Assembly (NCBI GenBank): GCA_018333635.1 | Contig: JAGXTL010000029.1 | Location: 3,322 to 67,321 of the forward strand | Reading direction: 5' to 3' | Length of the DNA: 64,000 nucleotides | DNA from: Dethiobacter sp. | Lineage (GTDB): Bacteria > Bacillota > Dethiobacteria > Dethiobacterales > Dethiobacteraceae | Program-made: the position numbers and the translations under genes | Shown: positions 57,312-64,000 of the stretch, piece by piece | Position numbering within the stretch: the first letter of the stretch is position 1 | How the letters are laid out: each line of letters opens with the position of its first letter | Notes under the pieces: model-generated | Told to the model about the DNA's origin: nothing | Database searches by the model: none | The model's input: the letters and a program-made list of their open reading frames with translations, nothing else

Positions 57312-58472
57312 GTGGATGCCATGGCGAAGGCTCGTTATTACACGGTGAAAACAAAGCGGCATAAGCTAAGAACGGGACGCCTGTTGTTCCTGTTGGCGCT
57401 TTGCGCCTTGCTCTTGTCCATTTTGCTGAGCGTCAGGCTGCTAACTTCATTAAACGCAATTCAAGACCAGTCTGCCTGGATTGCAGCTCTTCCTGCCCCG
57501 CCCGCCGACGGGCCGCAACATCTGCTGCTCTATTCCGTCTCTGATAGCATTAACAGGGGAACTGTAACTAGCCTTGTGTTGCTTGCCTACCACCCTGCTG
57601 AAGAAAGGTTTCGGGCTATCGTCGTGCCGCCCGATACTTTGCTTGGCGTAGAGGAACATGGTTTTATGCGGGTAGCGGAAATATTTGGCTTAGGCGGCCG
57701 GGAATTGCTAATATCTTCAGTCTCAGAATTTTTTGCCCTGCCGCTCCACACCTACCTTGAAGTAGATGAAACCTTTCTGCCAACTGCACTAGATCTGCTT
57801 CAGGCAGACTCAATTTGGGAAAAACTGCAAATTACAAGCGGCGGGGATATCCTTGCGGTGATTCATGCCCAAGGGCTGACGGTCGCCGAGCAACTTGAAC
57901 GGCGGCGAAACGTGCTGGCAGCCATTTCTGCCGAAGTATTGAATGCCGGCACTTTGGGAAGGGTCAGAAACTTGCTGGAGGTCTCCCCGCTAATCCGCAC
58001 AAATATCTCTTGGCGAGAATTATTAACTGCTATGGGCAAGTATAAAGATACTCCTTTTGCGCAAGCGGTAAGCTTGACCGAACTCCCCGGTGAGGAACAG
58101 GTGCAGGCGGACGGCAGCTTTTGGTTGGCCGATACAGAGGCGTTACCGCAGCTGGCAAATTGGCTGACTGATCAGCAAGCTGTCATCCCGCACGGCCAGA
58201 TAACAGTGGAAATTCTCAACGGCAGCGGTTTGCCCGGAGTGGCAACCGCGGTGGCAGGCAAGCTCGAGGCTGAAGGGTTTAATGTGTTGCGGGTAGGAAA
58301 TGCGGCTTCAGCTGATTTTGAAACCTCCCAGGTAATCAGCAGAGTTGAAAATATGGATGCGGCTAAGGCTGTAGCTATAATGCTGCCGGGTGCCCAACTA
58401 TTAAAGGAGGAAAACCCGGAAAAAGGCGTTCATGTGACTGTTATCGTTGGGAAAAACTATCTTGCCGAGTGA
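57312..58472 (+). CDS. LCP (LytR-CpsA-Psr) family protein with LytR C-terminal domain
   Basis: N-terminal TM helix, LCP core, C-terminal ITVEILNGSGLPGVA...FNVLRVGNA domain. Confidence 0.8.
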   Translation: MDAMAKARYYTVKTKRHKLRTGRLLFLLALCALLLSILLSVRLLTSLNAIQDQSAWIAALPAPPADGPQHLLLYSVSDSINRGTVTSLVLLAYHPAEERFRAIVVPPDTLLGVEEHGFMRVAEIFGLGGRELLISSVSEFFALPLHTYLEVDETFLPTALDLLQADSIWEKLQITSGGDILAVIHAQGLTVAEQLERRRNVLAAISAEVLNAGTLGRVRNLLEVSPLIRTNISWRELLTAMGKYKDTPFAQAVSLTELPGEEQVQADGSFWLADTEALPQLANWLTDQQAVIPHGQITVEILNGSGLPGVATAVAGKLEAEGFNVLRVGNAASADFETSQVISRVENMDAAKAVAIMLPGAQLLKEENPEKGVHVTVIVGKNYLAE

Positions 58473-58490
58473 TTTTAAGAAGGAGGAGTT

Positions 58491-58865
58491 TTGTTGGCGG
58501 AAGAAGCACAGAAATTAGCGCAGTTAATTGAAAGCCTGGCTCTCGATAAAAAAGCTGGCGCTGTGGTTGTCCTAGAAGTAGGCAGGGTATCACTTATTGC
58601 TGATTACTTTGTGATTGCCACCGGCGCCAATAAGGCGCAGGTGCATGCCATTGCCGATCAGGTTATGGCCGGAGCTAAAGAAGCGGACTATACACTGTTG
58701 CATCGGGAGGGTTACGCCGAAGCGCTTTGGGTTCTGCTCGATTATGGTTCCGTCGTCATGCACATTTTCCAGCCTGCGGAGCGGGATTTCTATAATCTGG
58801 AGCGCCTATGGAGTCACGCGCCAAGAGCTGGCATGATAGATGTTCAAGCGCAAAAGGAAAGCTAG
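58491..58865 (+). CDS. rsfS: Ribosome silencing factor RsfS
   Basis: 124 aa. DYFVIATG and WVLLDYGSVVMHIF motifs. TTG start after AAGGAGGAG. Confidence 0.9.
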   Translation: MLAEEAQKLAQLIESLALDKKAGAVVVLEVGRVSLIADYFVIATGANKAQVHAIADQVMAGAKEADYTLLHREGYAEALWVLLDYGSVVMHIFQPAERDFYNLERLWSHAPRAGMIDVQAQKES

Positions 58866-58902
58866 AGCGAGTTTGAAGCTGTGCAGGAAACTGCCTGTGC
58901 AA

Positions 58903-59604
58903 ATGGGGGGAAGCGCAGTGGGGAAAAAGGTTCTGGTTGTTGAAGATGATGCAAATATCAGCGAGGTATTAAAGCTGTACCTCGCTTTTGAGGGTTTTGA
59001 AGTTCTTTTGACGGGGGACGGAGACAGTGCGCTCGCTATTTTTCAGCGGGACAAGCCCGACATTATAATTCTTGATCTGATGTTGCATGGTAAAAGCGGA
59101 CTTGAAGTTTGCCAGGCTCTGCGCAAGGAAAGCAATGTGCCGGTGCTGATGCTGACGGCTAAAGATGCCATGGAGGACAAGCTAATCGGCTTTAGGGTTG
59201 GCGCAGACGATTATGTGGTGAAGCCGTTTGACCCGCTCGAGGTGGTGGCTAGGGTCAGGGCGCTACTGCGCAGAACTGCGGAGAGCCAGGGGCAGGAATT
59301 GACGACTGACAAAACGGGGGCGCTTGAGGTCAGCATGGAAAGATATGAGGTTCGTCTTGATGGGCAGGCGGTCGAGCTGAAACCCAGAGAGTTGCAGCTT
59401 CTATTTTTTTTCTGGCAAAACCAAAACAAGGTCTTTGACAGAGAACAGCTACTGGAAAAGGTTTGGGGGTATGACTATGCCGGAGAAACGCGGACGGTCG
59501 ATGTGCATATCCAGCGATTACGCGAAAAGCTCGAATATGAAGGCTGCGGCTACAGATTTAAAACTGTCCGTGGCGTGGGCTATAAATTTGAGGCTAAGCT
59601 ATGA
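58903..59604 (+). CDS. OmpR-family response regulator
   Basis: Receiver domain (VLVVEDD, DIIILDLMLHG) plus winged-helix output. Start trimmed to ATG 58903. Confidence 0.9.
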   Translation: MGGSAVGKKVLVVEDDANISEVLKLYLAFEGFEVLLTGDGDSALAIFQRDKPDIIILDLMLHGKSGLEVCQALRKESNVPVLMLTAKDAMEDKLIGFRVGADDYVVKPFDPLEVVARVRALLRRTAESQGQELTTDKTGALEVSMERYEVRLDGQAVELKPRELQLLFFFWQNQNKVFDREQLLEKVWGYDYAGETRTVDVHIQRLREKLEYEGCGYRFKTVRGVGYKFEAKL

Positions 59605-60998
59605 AGAGCATTTTTAGCCGCTTACTCCTGACTTATGTGTTGATTATTGCTATCGCCATTGCCTTGCTTTCAGGACTGCTCTCAGTTGTGCTGAGAGAGC
59701 ATTTGTTTTTAGTCAAACAGGACTCAATGCTGGAAACGGGCTTCTATTTGCACACTTTGCTTGGCAGAGTGCAACGGGGTACTTTAACCGAAAAGGAATT
59801 GGCCTTGGCGGTTAACGTTGCAGGGGAAACAGCCAATGCCAGAGTCGTCTTAGTGGATGCGCCCGGGGAGAACCTGCCTGCGCATCCACTTCTTAGTGAT
59901 ACGGGTAACGAGTGGTTGTCAGTTCTGCTGACAAGGATTTGGCAAGGCGAAACCGTGGTCATCAGGCGTCAATTTGCCGCAGCTCTCGGCACGGAAGTTG
60001 TCGCTGTAGGTATGCCCTCCCGGACAGGCGGACAAGTCACTGGTGCTGTGATCCTCTTTTCACCGCTAAACGAACTAGAGGGAGTTTTGGCGCAAGCCCG
60101 CAGGGTTGTTTTGCTCAGCGGCTCCTTGCTGCTGCTGCTCGCTTTTGTTGTTGTTTACATCGTATCTCACCGCCTTACCCGCCCTGTGGTCAGAGTGAGC
60201 AGAGCGGCGGAGGCTCTTGCCGGCGGGAAGGATGTGCCGGACCTGGCAGAGAGCGGCAAAGATGAATTGGCGATGCTGGTAAAGTCCTTTAACGAATTAA
60301 AAAACAAACTGAAAAAGGCGGAAATAATGCGCAGGGAATTGATCGCCGGTGTTTCCCATGAGCTGCGGTCGCCTCTGGCGGCGATTAGGGGCTTTGTGCA
60401 GGGGATGCTCGATGATGTTATCCCTCCCCGAGAGCGGCCGCGCTATCTGAACCTGGTGCTGCAGGAAACGAACCGCCTTACCGCCATGACTAATGATTTG
60501 CTTGAAATGGCAAGACTGGAAGCGGGCAGTATCGTCTTGAGAAAGGACAGATTTGATTTATGCGGTGTAGTCAGGGGAACAGCCGAACTTTTCTTGGCGC
60601 AGGCGCACGCCAAAAATCTTGAAATAAAGCTTTGCGGCTGTGAGGAGGAGTTGCCGTTTGTTGCCGACAGCGACAGAATCAGACAGGTTATCGGCAACCT
60701 GCTCTCCAATGCGGTTGAATTTACTCCTGCCGGCGGCAGCGTGGGGATTAACGTGTTCGCGGGACAAGCTGCGCTCACGCTTGAAGTATGGGATACGGGA
60801 CTGGGGATTTCCCCCGCGGATCTTCCGTTTGTCTTTGAGAAGTTTTATCGTGTGGAAAAGTTTAGGGATGCGGCAAGCGGCGGCACAGGGCTTGGCCTTG
60901 CCATTGTCAAAAGCATTGTCGAACTGCACGGCGGACGGATTGCTTTGGAGAGCGACCATAAAGGCACTGTGGCTCGTGTCGTGCTGCCTGTGTCCTAA
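59601..60998 (+). CDS. Sensor histidine kinase (2 TM, HAMP, HisKA, HATPase)
   Basis: H box SHELRSPL, N box LLSNAVEF, G boxes DTGLGI and GGTGLGLAIV. ATGA overlap with the regulator. Confidence 0.9.
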   Translation: MKSIFSRLLLTYVLIIAIAIALLSGLLSVVLREHLFLVKQDSMLETGFYLHTLLGRVQRGTLTEKELALAVNVAGETANARVVLVDAPGENLPAHPLLSDTGNEWLSVLLTRIWQGETVVIRRQFAAALGTEVVAVGMPSRTGGQVTGAVILFSPLNELEGVLAQARRVVLLSGSLLLLLAFVVVYIVSHRLTRPVVRVSRAAEALAGGKDVPDLAESGKDELAMLVKSFNELKNKLKKAEIMRRELIAGVSHELRSPLAAIRGFVQGMLDDVIPPRERPRYLNLVLQETNRLTAMTNDLLEMARLEAGSIVLRKDRFDLCGVVRGTAELFLAQAHAKNLEIKLCGCEEELPFVADSDRIRQVIGNLLSNAVEFTPAGGSVGINVFAGQAALTLEVWDTGLGISPADLPFVFEKFYRVEKFRDAASGGTGLGLAIVKSIVELHGGRIALESDHKGTVARVVLPVS

Positions 60999-61089
60999 AT
61001 GTTTACAGAACGGTTACAAGCGGGTTATTCGCCGTTTACATCTCGCAGTTATAATCGAATCATAGCAGTGAGAAAAATTTACCTGTGAG

Positions 61090-61497
61090 GTGATGGTACT
61101 GTTGACCCTCTTTAGGAAGCTGGTGCTGATACTGCTTTTGCTTGCCGCAGCTTTGACTGTCGGCTGCGCAGCGGGGCAGCCGCCCTCCGCAACACCGCTC
61201 AATCCCTTAAGTGAAAAGGAAACAGCGGCCGAGCAGTCGCCCCCGGTGTTACCTGCAGGCGAGTCGGATGACGTGGACGAAACGCCAGAGCAGCCGCCCC
61301 TGCTTCCGCAGCAATCAGGCAGTGCACCGGCAGAGCAGCCGCCGCGCGAACAGGAAAAACCCCTGGTCATTGTCTCAGAAAATTTTGTCCTTAGCGATAG
61401 CGGACAATTGTTGCAGGCACTCGACAAAGAAATGGAAACACTGCTAAACTTGCTGGAAAAAATGGACGATATCCAAAACGAAGATTTTAATTTTTAG
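61090..61497 (+). CDS. Hypothetical lipoprotein with Pro/Glu-rich linker
   Basis: Signal peptide with lipobox LTVGC, followed by a low-complexity region and a short helical C-terminus. Confidence 0.6.
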   Translation: MMVLLTLFRKLVLILLLLAAALTVGCAAGQPPSATPLNPLSEKETAAEQSPPVLPAGESDDVDETPEQPPLLPQQSGSAPAEQPPREQEKPLVIVSENFVLSDSGQLLQALDKEMETLLNLLEKMDDIQNEDFNF

Positions 61498-61517
61498 CGA
61501 AGGAGGCTTAAACTAAC

Positions 61518-62093
61518 GTGAAGAGAAAACTTCAAGTAGTTCTGCTGGTCATGCTGCTGCTTATTACCAATATGTCTTTTGCGGAGCTTGCCGAGGCCAG
61601 AGGTCAGGGGCGAAAGACGCAGGAGCGGGTCAGGGAACGCGTGGCCGAGCAAGTGTATAAGCAGAGGCCTGACAGAGAAAACGTAGCAGGTCAGGTGTAT
61701 AGCAATAGAGCCATCAATGCGGCGAGAGTGGCGCAAATCAAGCAGAATAGGCAGATCATCAAAGAGCTGAACCGGACGCTGAAAGAGAAGATGGCACTAG
61801 TTCGAGAAGAGCTGAAGGAAGTGCGGAAGAATCCGGAGCTGCTCCCTGATGGGAAAGAAGCTGCCATTAAAGAACAGTTGCGCCTGATTAGGGAAAACAG
61901 GGAGAATTTTGCGGAAACCCTGGGCGAAATCCGTGAGGAGCGTGAGTTGCTGAAAGAAAACAGGCGGCAGAAAAATGCTCCCGGGATGCGTGGAAACTCA
62001 GATAATATTTTCGCGGTGCAGGAGACCAGGCGTCGGATTTTAAACAGCATGATTGCCGACGTTGATGAACTGCTGGCACTCTTGCGCAGTTAG
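61518..62093 (+). CDS. Hypothetical secreted, highly charged helical protein
   Basis: Signal peptide (…NMSFA-ELAEA), then 160 aa rich in R/E/K/Q with heptad character. Confidence 0.55.
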   Translation: MKRKLQVVLLVMLLLITNMSFAELAEARGQGRKTQERVRERVAEQVYKQRPDRENVAGQVYSNRAINAARVAQIKQNRQIIKELNRTLKEKMALVREELKEVRKNPELLPDGKEAAIKEQLRLIRENRENFAETLGEIREERELLKENRRQKNAPGMRGNSDNIFAVQETRRRILNSMIADVDELLALLRS

Positions 62094-62155
62094 CTTCGCC
62101 AAAGCTTTGACTGGTATATCCCTAAAGCAGCAGGAGAACGCTGGCGCTTAGAACA

Positions 62156-62184
62156 TTGACAAAGGGTGCCGAAACCGGTATAAT
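62156..62184 (+). promoter_or_regulatory. Consensus promoter for tRNA-Ala
   Basis: TTGACA (62156-62161), 17 nt, TATAAT (62179-62184), 17 nt before the tRNA 5' end. Confidence 0.7.
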
Positions 62185-62201
62185 ACGAATTATCACAGCT
62201 C

Positions 62202-62277
<76 letters not shown>

Positions 62278-62287
62278 AGAGAAAATC

Positions 62288-62324
62288 AATAGCCACGGAG
62301 GTTTCTAGCCTCTGTGGCTATTTT
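62288..62324 (+). terminator. Intrinsic terminator after tRNA-Ala
   Basis: AATAGCCACGGAG...CTCTGTGGCTATT 13-bp stem (one G:U) running into TTTT. Confidence 0.7.
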
Positions 62325-62327
62325 AAT

Positions 62328-62365
62328 GGGACAAGGGGGGACAAGGGGACAGGTCTTTTGTCCCA
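62328..62365. repeat. G-rich tandem plus hairpin repeat (family 4), second copy
   Basis: GGGACAAGG GGGGACAAG GGGACAGG-TCTT-TTGTCCCA. Compare 43198-43228. Confidence 0.7.
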
Positions 62366-62721
62366 CCCACTTTTTAACTATTTGCAGAGGCTTTTGCCCC
62401 AAAGAAACCAACACTACTAATTTTTATGTTGCTTTCCTATTATCACCACGATAAGACGAATTGTGCTTTTGCCCTTTGCTAGCCATGTTACACAGAAGAT
62501 GCAGGATGAAGCAAGTGACAAAACAGCAGAGTGGCTACCGCTATGAACAAAATAGGATAAACATAACAGGATGGGCGCAGACGAAGCCTATCCTGTTTTG
62601 TTTTGTCCTACAGAATAGGAGGTTGCCTGCTATTTCACGGCTGTTTTTTTGGTGCTAGGAAAATTTTAGCAGGAAACCGAGCTTTTTTGTCGAAGGTTTA
62701 ACCTACCGTGGGGGTGAATGT

Positions 62722-63635
62722 ATGGATGTAATCTTAAAGGTGAAAAATATTGATAAGAATGTTATTGACTTACTAGAGCAAAATGGGTTAGAGTTAGAGC
62801 ACATCCTTAAAGTAGCCCCCGTTATTCTGGGTAAGACTGATAATCCAAGGCTTATAACTACACTGGGGTAAATTTTGTTGTTGCAGTTATAGACACTGGG
62901 ATAGATGAGGATGTTATACAACTCCTACGGAGTGAAGTATTTTCCTCTTCCATGAGCACACGTGATACTAGGCCGAAAAACAAATGTCATGGCACTATTG
63001 TTGCAAGAGTAATAAGGCAAATTGCTCCGTGGAGTAATATAATAAATCTAAAGGTTGCCGACGATAATCAAGAAATACGAACTAAGTCGATACTAAAAGC
63101 TTTAGATTATGCTTACACAAATGGGATAAAAATAGTCAACATTTCCTTAGGCAAGCGTGGTCCGTGTTCTAATACATGCATAGTCTGTAGTATAATAAAC
63201 CAGATGTACGACGAAGGCTTTGCAATAGTTGTTGCCATTGGTAACTTCGGCAGAGAAGGGCAAGGTATAATCTCCTGCTTAGCAACTGCAGAAAAAGCGT
63301 TTGCGGTTGGAGCTGTTAATCCGAGCAAACATCTTGCAGATTATAGCAGTACAGCGCCGCCAGCTTATCGAAAGCCAAATATACTTGCACCAGGTACAGT
63401 AATGGTAGATGGTAAATCTCAGGTGGATGGGACCTCTTTTGCTGCCCCATTTGTCACGGGTGTTGTTGCGGCTTTATCTAATGACTTTAATATACAGTAT
63501 ATCTTAAACACCATAGAAAGAACGGCTAGAAGTATAGGTTTGCCATATAATCAGCAGGGGCACGGGCTGATTCATATTGAGGATTTATTAGGAGTGATAG
63601 AAGATGAAAAGAATGCTACTGAAAGTCAGAGATAA
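62722..63635 (+). pseudogene. Subtilisin-like S8 serine peptidase, split by a frameshift between the propeptide-like N-terminus and the catalytic domain
   Basis: Frame A (62722-62871) encodes MDVILKVKNIDKNVIDLLEQNGLELEHILKVAPVILGKTDNPRLITTLG*. The -1 frame, open from 62844, encodes KAYNYTGVNFVVAVIDTGID (catalytic Asp), CHGTIVA (His) and GTSFAAPFVTG (Ser). The first ATG in that frame (62952) lies downstream of the Asp. Confidence 0.6.
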
Positions 63636-63798
63636 AAACGTGCTGCTGCAACTTAGACGGTTTGGTGACATCGAAACCGTATCCTCAAGCTTTCATGTTT
63701 ATGCGATGGAGTTAGAGAACAATGTCATTCCCGACATCATAAAGATACCCGGGATAATAACTATTGAAGAAGATGGATACTTTGAAGTTCAGTGCTAG
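63604..63798 (+). CDS. Stand-alone propeptide-like (inhibitor I9-like) small protein
   Basis: 64 aa. Overlaps the S8 gene end by 32 nt. LLKVRDKNVLLQLRRFGDIE resembles the frame-A N-terminus of the S8 gene. The C-terminal part (IPGIITIEEDGYFEV) resembles the end of subtilase propeptides. Confidence 0.45.
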   Translation: MKRMLLKVRDKNVLLQLRRFGDIETVSSSFHVYAMELENNVIPDIIKIPGIITIEEDGYFEVQC

Positions 63799-64000
63799 TT
63801 CGCGTGAAGTAAAGCTGCCTTCCATGGAGGTGGCTTTTTCTTTAGTTCTTAGTGTTATAAGGCATCGGCTAGCTCCCAACAATTTGCCAACGTTTGTCTA
63901 ACAAATGCACTGTTTCTATCTAAGATGAGATGTTACAAAAAGTACCACAGGGGCAGAAAAGTACGATGCGTGTTGCGTTTGCCGTGTATGAGATGTCACC

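Noticed and set aside
62703-62921. 72-aa minus-strand ORF
   Set aside because: It is antisense to the propeptide/S8 junction. Its AT-rich low-complexity sequence marks it as a shadow ORF.

Overview
Mostly core chromosome of an endospore-forming Firmicute. It is probably a member of the Clostridia: MinE, SpoIVFA/FB, LonB, a Spo0B-like gene and Rnf are all present, but I cannot name the genus. Almost all genes are on the + strand in a familiar order: tig-clpP-clpX-lonB-lonA-engB, valS-folC, rnfCDGEAB, moaC fused to a 10-gene Mrp/Mbh-type membrane cluster, apbE plus a Gx transporter, maf-radC-mreBCD-mrdA-minCDE-rodA, spoIVFA-like/spoIVFB, radical-SAM pair plus RNase G, rplU-prp-rpmA, spo0B-like-obg-nadD-RRM-yqeK-LCP-rsfS, a two-component system, then tRNA-Ala.

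The left 8.7 kb is different. It holds a partial fused MFS/spermidine-synthase-like gene on the minus strand that is absent from the ORF track, a 4-tRNA cluster, a decayed HD-GYP/GGDEF locus, vapBC, and a LexA-box-controlled dinB with a coupled small ORF. The last 1.7 kb after tRNA-Ala is visibly AT-rich and carries a frameshifted S8 protease flanked by two propeptide-like modules.

The items most worth a second look:
- The 15-kb Rnf / MoaC-Mrp (Mbh gene order, three antiporter-like subunits, no redox module) / ApbE block.
- Six tandem 25-aa repeats forming the C-terminal arm of the last antiporter-like subunit.
- An RnfG with two flavinylation domains.
- The dinB-coupled small ORF.
- The Spo0B-like gene.
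- Several families of small palindromic repeats that pile up in the engB-valS spacer.

I saw no CRISPR array, no rRNA, no transposase or integrase, and no clearly novel multi-gene defence system.
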